A DNA stretch of 64,000 bases from Prorocentrum cordatum (taxonomy: Eukaryota). Where the stretch lies: the NCBI GenBank assembly GCA_963575745.1, contig CAUYUJ010000151.1, positions 1 to 64,000 of the forward strand, in the 5' to 3' direction. Position numbers and translations under genes: made by a program. This document shows, piece by piece, positions 13,031-25,384 of the stretch. The notes beneath the pieces were generated by a model. That model was not told the origin of the DNA, did no database searches, and worked only from the letters and a program-made list of their open reading frames with translations. Position 1 is the first letter of the stretch. Each line of letters starts with the position of its first letter.

Positions 13031-14139
13031 TTTAATCGATGTACATTTTTCGGCTCGAAAAAAAAACGGTCGACGTGACTGGAACAAACGATCGCGGTTC
13101 AATTCCGTCGGTGGCCGCCACCTGGAAATCGGCGCGGCGTCACCGCGCGGCAGTCGACGACACCCTGCGCGCACCGTCGCCGCGACGCGCCCGTGGTGAC
13201 GACGATCGCGGCGCCGCCTCGCAGAATCGCAGAACGCCAACCGCGTCGGCGCATAATGGCATAACGCCAACGCGCGGACGGAAACCACGGCGTCGGAAGG
13301 AGATGACAAGCGCGACGCCGACGTGGAAGCCGCACTCAGCGGCGACCTGGCGGCGTGACGATTGCCACGCCGCACGAGCGAAACACGCAACCGCACTGGC
13401 CCCGCGCGCCGCGACATGCACGCGCGCTGGCCACGCGAGCGGCGGCTGCCGCTGCACGAAATCCGCGTGCGCACCTGCGCACGCGCGTGCTAAGATGTCT
13501 ACCCGAGACACCAAAAGTGCTTTCATTTGCAGTGCCAGAAGCCGCCTCCTGTCGAGCAGAACACACATCCTTGAAGGTGGCTGGTCCAGCTGAATGCAGC
13601 CAGCGCGGCTGCCGTCGACCTGCGCGCGGGCTGCGGGTGGGGGGAAACATGAGCAATGCAAATGACAGAGGGGGATGGTGCATGCAACAATGACGTGTAT
13701 ATGCAACGAACCAGCCCTCTCTGCGGCCGTTTTGGGGAAGGGGGAAGGGGGCGAGCGCTCGGCTTCAAGTTCGTTACACCACCCAACCCCCCGCTCGGCG
13801 ACCCCCCCCCCCCCCCCTCATAGACCCGCCGAAGATGGCACGAACCCTGCGCGGTGTTCCGCAAGGCCAATGTTGCACGCCATAGCTTGCACCACATCGC
13901 TTGTCACGCGTGTGGCAGTATGTAACGTTGCTAGCGGAACCCACACGCCGCCTGCTTACAACTAAATATGTCGCCCAGCTGGCGACTGTAACGCTTAGGT
14001 TGGCCCAAGTACAAAATACGGCATGAGCACGGGGAGTCCGCCTGGTTAGTATCACGATGTGCGTGCGTGTTCAACCCGCGTTCCTCTTCTGGCGGTGAAA
14101 GGCATCGCCGCGGCCTGACCCCCGCGCCATGAGCCCGAA

Positions 14140-14650
14140 CCATTAAGCCACGAACCCCATAACCAAAGCCTTCGCCCGAAGCCCATAGCCCGCCGCCCTA
14201 ATCCCTAAACTCTAAGCACTAGCCACTGACCGCTAACCCCTCAGCCTTCCAGCCCTCGCACCCAGAGCCCTGGACCTTAAACCTTGAGCCATAAGCCCTC
14301 ATAGATCACACCTGAACCACATGTCTTGGCCCCCCACGGCCAGGCCCACAAACACTAACCCATAAACCCCGCACCGTAAACAAAACAACTAAGCCCAAAC
14401 CAAGACTCCTGAGTCATAATCCATAAAAGCCCTCAGCCCGAAACCCGAAGATCCCGAATGCCGAAGCCGTCCCGCTATGACCTAACCTCTTAGCGTTAAG
14501 CGCTCACCCCGAAGTCCTACGCCCTGCGCCCGAACCCATAGACTCTGGGCGCTGAAAGCCATCACGTAGGCCATCAACCACAGGCCCCAACCCTACTGCC
14601 CCTAAGCTCGGAACCCAAAACCCTCAGTGCTAAACCCTAAGAAGCCCCAA
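14140..14650 (+). repeat. Degenerate telomere-like (CCCTAAA-related) repeat
   Basis: Recurrent CCCTAA, AACCCT and AGCCC words, e.g. CCCTAATCCCTAAACTCTAA and CTAAACCCTAAG. Confidence 0.45.
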
Positions 14651-17600
14651 GCACATTCCCGCGCACCATCCGCGTCGCCACACAGGAACTGAAACTGGAA
14701 TGGGGGCCCCAGCGACCCCCCGAAGCGCCCGATGTCCGCCAGGAGGCTCCAAGGGGCACCAGGTCCTCCTCTGATGTCCCCCATGTCCTTCTCATTCTCC
14801 TGCCCCCTGCCATCACCCGCTTCATCATTCATCTACACCTTGGGCTGTGACGGCGCCAGCCCTATATACGGTCGCGGGCTTCACCGCTTGCGCGGTTCGG
14901 CAACCCCGACTGGGCATCGATGCTGGATGGGCCGACGGCGCATGGAACGCGCATAGATGTGCAACATATACCTCCCATAACATCGAACCACGCGCTAGTT
15001 TTCCATCCCGGACATGTACAACTAAAGCAAATCAATTAATCACGATACACACAAAGAACATTACAGCAATCAAAAGAAAGAATGACCATAAATACCAAAA
15101 CACAAATACATTTAAAATAGTACCACGCAAAAAAAACACAAACAATAAAAACGAACGCCAGAAACATTAAACACACAAAAACAAAAACAGTACCTCCCAA
15201 CAACAAACAAAGTACCTTACAACAACAACACAAAACAACAACATATAGCAAACCCTACACCGTCTTCCACATAGGCTGCACCACATGAGCGCCAACGTCC
15301 AACTTACATCACATACGGCACGACATGGCTTGCAAGAAAACAACCCGTTTGGGACCAGCGTTGAGTGGAACTTCGGATGTAGGCTAAACCACTTGGCGTT
15401 GTAACGGGGCGAACACATGATTCATTCACAGCACGTGCACTTAATACCTACAATGTGACATCACACGCAAACGCAAATACAATGCACTGCGGTGCAACAC
15501 TGCCATCTGCAACGCAACGCCTGGTCTCAAACGCTGTCCCAAATGGCATGCGCCAGACCGAATGGGGAACATGAGGCATCGTCAGAAGGCGAAGTTACGT
15601 ATCAAACCAAAGGTGATGCCAGCGCGACTGCCCTCTCGCATGCTGAAAAAAAGGAGCACTGCCAACTTGTGAGAGGGAGGGCCGCGCTGCTGCACTAGCA
15701 GACGGGCCACGTTTCCCTGCGAGGTATTACCACTTCACGACCCACGTTGGCGTCAAGCCAGTGACAACCCACGTCATGCACCAGGCGAGCCTAACATGTG
15801 TATTGGGCCACTGTGCCTCACATGGCCCTGAACAAAGCAAAGCACACCACATCCTCATCCTCCCCCTGCTCATATCATACCTGACCCTCGCCTTCTAAAC
15901 TGCAGAAAAGACGCTGAACGTGACAGATCGGAAAACTGAACACCCGCGAAAAATCGCAGGTTCACCCCGCTGGCCCGCGCGATGAGCGCGGGCACAAACA
16001 TGGCGCAACAGAGCACTCACAGAAACAACAAGCCGCTGACAACTTTAAACTCCTGCAGCACACTGCCTGTATGCCTGGGGTCGGTCGACGCTCGCGAATG
16101 GCGAGACGCCGCGCAATCAGAACCACACATCTGGCTCTTCGGCTTCAAAAGGTCGCGGCTCGCGCTCCTTTGCCTCAAGCGCAGCCCATTCGGCACCGTG
16201 CTGGCGCCTGAGCCCGAGGCGAGCGATGAGCCTCATCTGACAAGGGCGTGACTACCATGTGCTCCCTCTTTGTAGCCTGGTCCGAATTAGTAATCCACGC
16301 AGCTGCGAAACCTAAAGGCCTGCCCTGGTGGGGGCGCGCAGGGTTACCGTATGACCGAAACGTGCGAACGCAATTGCGGTGGAGAGGGTTCGGGCAATGG
16401 ATTTCAAAAAAGGTTGGGCCGCCCCGTACCAAATAATCTTGCACTTATGACCTATGTCAGGGAATCGGGCCGCCACGATCTCGTCTGCGCCACCGCCGCC
16501 CCCAGGCGGCGGAGGGGGAGGTGGCGGCGGCGGCGGCGGGGCGACGTCGACAGGGCCGACAGCTGCTTCCTCGATGCCGCCAGCGCCAGGATCAAGCTCT
16601 GGGCCGTCCCCTCCATCGATGTCGCCGTGGGAGCTGGCCGAGTCGTCAGCCTCGCCGACGGCCGCGACGTCGGGAGAATCAACGCTGCCCTTCGAAGCGG
16701 GGCAACCCAAGACCAGATCGCCAACCGTTGCGCGCGCCCAGCTGGTAGTTTCGCCTCAGGCCCCAGGACGCGCTGGCATGCTTCGGGGCGTGAGTGCCCG
16801 GGGTGTCCGAGCGGCGCGATGCAACGCCAACGCATCGGAAGGGAGGGGGCCCTGGTGGTGCACAACAGGCACCAAACCATCGAGTAGAAACCTGGATTTC
16901 TCTGCCGATGTCACCCCTAACCCCCCGCCATAGCACGCAACGGGAGGGAGGTGGGCTGATGGGCGCGCGCAACGGTCACAAGCGAGCTGGCCTAAGGCGG
17001 CGCCACCACGGGCCTCGCCAGCTGCTGAACCGTCGCCCTCTGACAAGGCGTCGGCGGCGTCGGCGGCGCCTCCCTCGCTGCCGCGCTCCTCGACCTCGCC
17101 CTCGTCGCCCTCGTCAGCCGCGCCCGCGGCGTCAACTTTCTTCGGCTTCTTCGGGGCCCAGACCGCGCGCCGCTGCTCCCCGTCGCCGTCTGCGGCCAAC
17201 TGGGCGGACACCGACGACGGATCCAGGAGACCGATGTTACGCGGACCCTCCAACAGCACAGCAAACGCGATGCTCCATGCGACGTCCTTCCTGGGCTCAT
17301 TCATCGCCACGCACTCTGTGGCCCACGCAGCAGGTGCCTTCGGGGGGAGGGGGGGGGGGGGGCAGAAACATTGCACGACAACGATACAGTCGCAAACACA
17401 CACGCACACACAACAACCAAACGACACCTGACACGCCCTAGATAGTTACGTATCGCCACAAGCAGAAAGCACGCCTACAGTGACATGCCCATCAAAACTG
17501 GAACCAACGGCTCATCAACACATTGATATGTTGGGCACGCGGCAAGGCCAGACCTGCTTGCCAGCGCTGGCCCTGCAGCGTGCTCCTTCGCGCTGGTTCC

Positions 17601-17821
17601 AGCGCGGACGTGCATGGCTGAGAAATGCTTGGGCTGACACGATCACCACTGGCAAACATTGCTCCGCACTCTGATGGCTGCAAGGGGGAAGTGCACCACT
17701 CGTGCGCCTGCATCGGTCACCCAAACATGGCGTGCAAGACAGGCGCCGCAATAGCAAACTGAGGATGCAAATGGGGTGGGCTCATTGCAGAAACCCACGT
17801 GCCTTCAACTCTGGCAAATTG

Positions 17822-18042
17822 TAAAAAAAAAAAAAAAACAAAAAAAAAAAAAAAAGAAAAAAAGAAAAAAAAAAAAAAAAAAAGAAAAAAAGTAACACAA
17901 AAAAAAAAATAAAAAAAAAAAAAAAAAAAACAAAAGAAAAAAACAAAAAAAAAAAGAAAAAACAAAAAAAAAAAAAAAAAACAAAAAAAGAAAAAAAAAA
18001 AGAAAGAAAAAAAAAAAAAAAAAAACAGAAAAACAAGAAAAA

Positions 18043-18074
<32 letters not shown>

Positions 18075-18082
18075 AAAAAAAC

Positions 18083-18158
<76 letters not shown>
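17822..18158. repeat. Noisy poly-A tract cutting the transposase reading frame
   Basis: ORF 18166-20178 ends abruptly at the tract edge. Confidence 0.85.
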
Positions 18159-18159
<1 letters not shown>

Positions 18160-20428
18160 CAATTCTTAATGCCGCGCCTGGATGTGCATCCGCTGGAAAG
18201 TCGGCCTGTAGGGCTTGAGGTACATCAAAGACACGTGGAAACACTCATGGTCAGGACCGTGGTGTCCAGCAGGCTCGTCGCCAGCATCTGGGCGAAACAC
18301 CAGAAACCATCGTCCATCCTGCAAGTGCTTGCGCAATCCAGAATCCTTGGTGAACTTAGCCTTCATGCTTCGCAACACAGCGTTCCTGAAACCATGCAAG
18401 ACCTTCCCATACGCTGAGCATGTGCAAACTCCCGCACCCCAGCACCTCCGCATGGTTTTCTCTCTCCTCGTCTCGTCGCCGATGGCATCCTCATCCCCGT
18501 GTCTGATCAGCTGGTGCCTTCGATGCCAAGACCCGCTGACGCCTGCAGATAAAGTAGTTCCCGTGGAACTCCGCGTAAGGCTAGACACAATTGCGGCAAA
18601 TGAACCCTTCTCAGCAGCTCGGTTGTGGACGTCCACCTGCGCGGCGCCGCGCCTCGGGACACAAGTCAGCTCGCCCATGAGGTCGCTCAGCCGTTCGCAA
18701 GCTGCGAGGAAGCCAATGTCATCATCGCGGCAGCTCCCAGATGCACGAAACAACTCGCTGCGAGCCTGCCGCTTCAAATGAGCAAAATACTTCCCCAACA
18801 ACACGGACTGCCCCTGCACGCTGCTCAAAGCCGCCGCAGGGTCAACCGACGTGGCGACAATCTTTTCGGCAAGCTTCAATTTCATATGGGTCGAATCGCC
18901 AGAACTAGTATCTGCCAGAGCCTTCATGAATGCATCCCGCTGCGCCGCACTAACCAAGCGCTCTTGCTCCCGCAACGTCAAGCCGAAGCTGGGAACGGTC
19001 GGGTTCACCCTGTGCGCCGCCGACGCGTCTCGGCCAGGACCCTGGTACATCGCCCGCTGCTCATCCGATAAAACTCGGTACTCGCCTGCCAGCCTTCGAA
19101 AGTCGCGCTGCCCCTCGCAAGACAACGAAACATACGCGCGCCAAGCTCCGCCCCCGCCGCGGCGCCGAATGCCGCCTCCAATGCCAGAACAAGACGCGGC
19201 CCTGGCCGATGTAGTCGATGTCTGCACCCCTGGGACGGCAAACTCCTGCGGGTGGAGGTTCCGTGAACCTTGCCTCCGAAGACGCATGAATATCCATTCC
19301 GATGAGGCTCGGTCCAAGTCCAGCGTCTTGACTTGAGTGCTGAGGACCGTTAGAACCCGCCTAATCGACGCGTGGAGTGCCTCAACGTTTGCCATGTCCA
19401 CCCTGGCTGCGAGAGCTATACATATCAAGCGAAGTCTAGCCACGGGATCCGCCAGGCCGTTCACATCCAGAAAAGCCTTGGTGAACGAGTCCAGCATGCA
19501 CGGCGTCTCCGCATAATCTCTAGCGATTTCCCCCGCAAGCCCTGGCTCGACAAGGAGCAAGAAGAGTTTGAACGGATATTTCTTGTGCTCCGACCTCTGA
19601 AGCTGTTCAACGAGGGCTCCACAACGAGACGCCAATCTGAATATAAACGCGTTGGTGCACTCCGTTATGTCATCGCTCCCAATAAGCGACCACATGATCG
19701 GCTGTTCAAACAAAGCAGCTATGGTCTGAAGGCACTCATCTTCCAAGGCGCACCGGGCAACTTCGACTATCCTGTATGTCCTGTTGACATCTGCTGGGTC
19801 GGCGGGCTGGGGTTGCGTCACCCTCGCCCTCGCTTCAGCTAAACGTTGTTCGTCCTCCCGCTCTGAGCCTGACATGCGCAGCTGCTTGTGAAGCAGCGTC
19901 GTCAAGGGGTGAAGCACCAACCTCATGATTACAAGATCTTTTGCAGGACTACACGTGACCCAAGCAAGCCCGATTCGGCGATCTTTAGCGTTCACCTCAG
20001 CCCACTTGGCAGCATCAACGTTGGTAGTGCGAGGGTCGCTTTTGTCCTGTCGAGGCTCAGCGGTCGGCTCTGCCTCTGGGGCGGGCCCTGCAGCACCTCC
20101 ATCGCCATCCTCTTCGTCATCAGCCGCATCCGCATCATCAAAGTTGCCGTCAACAAAGGGCAAGAAGCGGTACGCCATCTAGTCGGGGCCGTCGACGAAT
20201 CTGAGTACCCTGCGCGCGAGCCCACCGCGAGTAGGCCGCGCTAAGGAGGCCGTGACACAACTCCAAGCCCCCGAACTCGTCAACCGCATCGCCGCTTCCT
20301 GTCCACCGATGGCGAGGGAAACTTGTGAAGGCCTTGGATGTGAAACAAAATGCCATGCCCTCTGCCACCCACGACTTGATCTTGGCCAGCTTTGCATCCG
20401 TCAGATCGCCTGGCGGCATGTCGAGATA

Positions 20429-21626
20429 TCCGCCACCGTGCCTCCTGGCACGTTGAGGCGTGTCCGAATGCCAAGCGCTGGCATGGTAGGGGGCAGGGTG
20501 GCTGATAGACTTCTAGGGAGCACCCCCCCCCCTCGGACACCACTGATCTGCGTTCGCTCCCCCTCTTTGGTTCGCGCCCCCGAGGCCACAATCCCTCGTG
20601 CAATGCGACAGACTCGCATTCCCGAAGCCAAGTGGGCCCGAAGATTGCCCAGGATGGCTTCAAGATGGCCCAGTTCGGCTTCAAGACGGCGGGGGATGAT
20701 CTCAAGATGGCCCAAGCAGTCTTCAAGATTTCCCAAGAGACCTCAAAGAGGGCCTAACATGGCCCCAGGACGGCCGCCAAGAGGCCCCGAGGAGGCTAAA
20801 CACATTGATTTGCATTTGTTTTTGAACGTGTTCAAGGTTCTCGCATTTTCGGACCAAGAACGGCCCAAGACGGCTCCTAGATCGCTCCCAGGCGGCCCAA
20901 GAGGCACCAAAGAGGTCCCCAAGACAACCCAAGAGGGGCCCCAGACGGCCCAAGTGGGCCCCAGCACGGCCCAAGAGGGGCCCCAGACTGCCCAAGAGAG
21001 CCCCAAGACCCCCAAGAGGGCCCCAAGACAGCCCCAAGAGACCCCCAGGAGAGCCCAAAGAGGGCCCCAAGATAGGCCCGAGTCGGCCCAAGACGCCCGA
21101 GACGGCCCAAGAGAGTCGCAAGACGGCCCAAGATGGGCCCAAGACGGCCCCAGAGGCCGTCAAGAGGACCCCCAAGAGGATCAAGGCGGCCAAAGACAGC
21201 CCCAAGACGATCAAAAATAGCTTCAAGTAGGCTGAATAAGGTTCAAGATGGATGGGTGCCAAGCGGGCCCAAGAGTCCCCAATGGGGCCTGCGCCGGCAT
21301 TGTTTATTGGAAGAGGTGTACCATGTGACGCTCCATGCGTCACATGGGACACATGTGCCTCTGCCGCCCCATTTGGGCTGCCACCCATGTGTCCACATGG
21401 CGGCAGCCATATCGGGATACATGAGTGGGAGCCCGCATGGACGCATGGGGGGGGAATCCGAATGTGGACACATGGGTGGCGAACCAACCTTGGACACAAG
21501 GGTGGTCGCCTCGCCATCGCCATCACCACCACCCAGCCTCAAGTTAGGACATCCGTGCCCCCTCGCGCACCGACCACAGAAGCAGCTTGGCTGGCACGGT
21601 GGCGGGACGTGCCGCAGGCAGCTGGA
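20429..21626 (+). mobile_element. Non-autonomous Helitron-like element, copy 2 (1198 bp)
   Basis: Same termini as copy 1 (A|TCCGCCACCGTGCC ... TGCCGCAGGCAGCTGGA|T). Removal restores NTRNVEIYLDMPPGDL in the transposase. Confidence 0.85.
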
Positions 21627-23789
21627 TATTTCAACATTTCTCGTGTTCTGCCAGTCGCCATTTGCAAACTTGTTCATACCGACAAACCTCTTGATCAAGT
21701 TGAGCCCACTCCTGCAAAACAATGACAGCGCCATCTTCCGATGAACGACGCAGTGGCGAGGTGGTAAACCACACTTCACGTCAATCCTCTCGAGGATTAA
21801 GTTCTTGAGCACGATCCTGAACGACGACATCCTGCCAGCAAACCTCAACGACAATGCGCAATGAACCATGCCAGATACTACGTCCTCCATCATCGCGAAT
21901 GTGGACTTGTGGCACGTCGACGTGACGTGGATACCACAGAAGACGTGGAGGTGCTGCCAACCCTGCCGATCCTTTTGCATGACACCCCTCTCACATTTTA
22001 TATTGGCTGACCCTTTGTCTGTGCAAACAATGCGAGAACGCTGAGCAAACTTGCTATGTGCTAAAGAAAGGCCCCATACCCGACGTAGTGCTGCCCGCGT
22101 AACTTCCCCCGTTGACCTGTCCATTGCAAGCAAGTTGTTAACGGTATCCCCAGAAATAATCATATACTTCGTAATGCCTTCAACCTCTCTTGAAACCAAC
22201 ATTGAATACGATGGCTGAATTTGCAGAAGCTTTGCGATGGCTGACTCGCTGTGTGCGTCCGCCAAGTACTTCGGCAAACGTTCTTGAATGACTGCGTCGC
22301 CCACGACCGCACCAGGAGCAAAGACCCCGAGAAACTCTAGCAAGTTGAATGCATCATCAGAGAGGCACGCGTCCTTGAGGTGCACGGGCATGGGCGTCTC
22401 GTCGTAAAACTCTGCCTCGACGTAGTGGAGGCAATTGATCGACTCGTTGCTTGCGAGCGCCTTTTCCAGACTGGCTCTGGAAATGCGGTCGGCCTGCAAG
22501 GTGCACTCCGCAAGCTTGGACATGTGTGAACGGGCAGCCGACGGGCTGCATCCAAGCGACTCTGCGATCGACGCCAAACTCTTGACGTGGTGGTCGGCGC
22601 ACGTGAAATTAAACTTGGTGGCAGCAAGTTTGGCAACAAGATTGTCCCCGCTGCAAACGTGAACGCCAGCCTTCCCGAAATCTGCCAGCAGGTTCTTGAA
22701 AATAGGTCCCAGTGATGGCGAGAACACATATGGCACAACATCTGCAACCATGATGTCTTGCAACACACGGTCGGGGACCCGAGGTATGACGAAACGGGTG
22801 CGCTTGGGCGCAGATGGCTGCACCTCCGCGCTGCCTGCTGGCGGCGGCAAGGCTCTGGCAACTCTCGTTGGCGGCCTGCCGCGCTTCTTGGGGGCCGCCG
22901 TGGCTGCCGCGGCGCCCGCGGCAGGAGCGGGCGCCACTGGCGCCGGATCCAATGCATCCGCCGCGCGGCCATCTGGGACTGGGCCAGCCGCCAAGGCCAA
23001 GCCAGCGCCAGCAACTGGTGATGCGGCCCCGGCGGCGAGGTCCATCGACTCGATGTCAGCCCATTGGTCATGCGGCGGCCCCTCGGCGACAGCAAGTTCT
23101 TCCCACTGGTCCACCTCCATGGGCGATGGGGCAACTGAATTGGACAGCAGCGAATGTGCATACGTGGTCCAAAGAACTACGCTGAGCAACATTGTGGTGC
23201 TCTCGGCAAAACTGGCTACGGACACTACAACGGCCCCTGAAACCCCGCTTGCTTCAGCACGCCCCCCTCACACAGGCCAGCACCCCTCCTCGAGGGATGT
23301 CGGTTGCCCCGCCCAGGAGCTCTGCCCCTCGAGCATTGACAGTGGGAAGTGGGCGAATGGGGGCGATGGTGCTGCAAGCCGATGCGCCGCGAAACGCACG
23401 TGCATCCAAGGTTACCGCGATTGCCCTAAAACGCTCCAAATGATTTCCAGGGTGGCCCGAGGTTCCTGAGGGCTGCTCTAAGTAACTCCCATCTTCGACT
23501 GGGCAGCCCCCGCGACCTTCTCAACGCACCATCAAGCCATGACGGAGTAAAGCGCCATCGAGAAGATAACAAACCCAAGACCCGCATGGAAACCTACGCG
23601 ACATGCACCCCCACCTCAAACAGCCACGCAAACCCTCATACTGCTTCGACCACTACATGTTGGCAGCCCTTATCGGGGCCGCGGTTCCAAGAAGCCCCTC
23701 CTCTCCAAATGCACCCGAAACCCTGGCCTAAGTGAAAGCGACCGCGCCACTCTGCCGCCGAGGGATAGGTGGTGGCAACCGGAATCGTG

Positions 23790-24015
23790 AGTGTACTACT
23801 AATAGGTAAGTGTGATAACGGTAGCAGTTGCATTTGGTACACTAGTCGTGGTAGTAATAATAGTAGTAGCAGCAGCAAGCAACAACAAGCAACACAAACC
23901 ATATCACACATAACACCACTGGGCAGCAATCATAACTGCACTGCTAAGAGCCAGTAGCTGCAATATTAGCAGTGGCAATGGTAGTGCTAGTACTAGCAAC
24001 AGCAGTAGCAGTAAC
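23790..24015. repeat. Degenerate (AGT/AGC)n microsatellite
   Basis: TAGTAGTAGCAGCAGC runs. Confidence 0.7.
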
Positions 24016-24739
24016 CGCCTCAGGCTGATCCACTCTGCCGCCGAGACACCAACCAACGTGAGGGCGGCCCTGCCTGATGAAGTGGCGCGCGCTGGCGCAG
24101 GGTGGAGGGAGGGGGGGGGGGCTATTCGCAGCTGCACGTGGTTACGACGCAAAACTGAAAGACTGCCCAAACCATGCTGGCACACGATCGCACCCCATGC
24201 AGCCCCTGGGTGGACTGACGGACAATCAATGATGAGAGGCGCGCCATCGCGCAAGAACGCATCGCCGATGCATCACGGGCGTTAGAGCCACAATTGATGG
24301 AAAAAAGCAGGAATGATAATGATGAGCACGTGCGCGAACCATGTTGCAGCATGAGCGCCGACGAGAACGTGGCTGCGATCTTCGCATGTGAGAGAAGCAC
24401 AACAGTGACGCCACACTGCACTGCGCGTGGCCAAACGGGCGACGCAACGAGCGACAACTGTGAATATCCACCGCATCAGCCCCAAACGAAGCTCAACACT
24501 CAACCATCACGACAGCGGCCGAGCGTGACAACGCAAGGCAAGCTGGCGGGCGCCAACAATGCCAACGAAATCGGGCGCCAAGAGGTCGCCTGAACACCGC
24601 AGAGCCACTGAAGCTCTGTTCTTGCGACGGCCAGTGCGGGCTGGAAAATGTCAGTCGCTCGCGTCGGGCCTGCAACAAAGAGCAGGCGCCGCGGGCGAGC
24701 GTATCAGTCTGCAACGCAGAGCCAGCATCCCGATGCACC

Positions 24740-25184
24740 TCAATCTGACTCATCTGACCCCTCGTTGCGGAAATTCATCGTCCCCTCGATCGTGTACGTG
24801 ACCCTGTACTCCACGGAGGATGGCACACCAGGGAAGCCATCGCCGCCGTCTGGGCCAGACATCGCCTCGAACACAAGGCGGGTTGCGGACGTCATCGAGT
24901 CCATGGACTGGCACGTGTGCGTCACGACCTTCCTGCGCTTCTCCATCTGGAAGCGCGGCATGTGCACTGGCGCAGTCGACGGAACTGCCTCTGGAACGGC
25001 ACCGCCCCCCGATGGCGCAACCGACGAAACTGGCTCTGGAGCGGCAGCGGCATCACCGTTTGCAGGCGCCCCTGCAGAAGGTACCTCAGCCGAGGCAGCC
25101 TCAGGGTCTTGCGATTCTATCAGGATGGGCAACATCGTGTCGCCGAAGACGTTTCCTAAGTGTAAGCGCTGTTGGGCACATAGG
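24740..25184 (-). pseudogene. Possible 3' fragment of an unknown gene cut by the retrotransposon LTR
   Basis: ORF 24740-25135 is protein-like (Ala/Pro linker, then RRKVVTHTC...VEYRVTYTIEG) and lies directly next to the LTR edge. Confidence 0.3.
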
Positions 25185-25384
25185 TGTCACTGAGGGGATG
25201 GACACATGGATCTGCGAGTCGCAAAAGGACAAGCGGAGACGGGGCTTTTCTCCGAGCCGCGACCTCGCGGGCACACGGTTGAAAGCGCCTAAGCCAAAGT
25301 GGCTACGCCACGGGGGCGGGGAGAGATCCAAAGGGACCAGAGGGGGAGAACGCGCCGCGGGCCCTCAAGGGCCTTGGGAAGACA
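25185..25384 (-). repeat. Candidate 3' LTR (200 bp, TGTC...GACA)
   Basis: TG..CA termini with a 4-bp inverted repeat, just 3' of RNase H. No second copy is present to confirm it. Confidence 0.5.
25288..25308 (-). other. Dinoflagellate spliced-leader relic inside the candidate LTR
   Basis: GCGTAGCCACTTTGGCTTAGG matches CCGTAGCCATTTTGGCTCAAG at 17/21 positions. Confidence 0.65.

Larger units (their letters stand above)
16117..23225 (-). pseudogene. hAT-like (CxxH-type) DDE transposase with an HMG-box-like segment and Cys/His-rich C-terminus; fragmented
   Basis: Motifs in order: YDETP (~22400), TDKGSAN (~22010), CGIH (~21930), RHRWTG (~20305), NVEALHASIRR (~19375). Then AWRAYV..FRRLAGEYRVLSDEQRAMY (~19050-19145) and CWGAGVCTC. 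C-terminal CPNPLHRNC..QGRPLGFAAAW..H..EREPRPFEAEEPDVWF-stop at 16117. Broken by insertion 20429-21626, a poly-A tract and frameshifts. Linking the 16117-17400 part to the same gene is inference. Confidence 0.65.

Noticed and set aside
20425..21630. 4-bp ATAT target-site duplication for copy 2
   Set aside because: It would leave the host transposase out of frame and does not fit copy 1, whereas a single AT site fits both.
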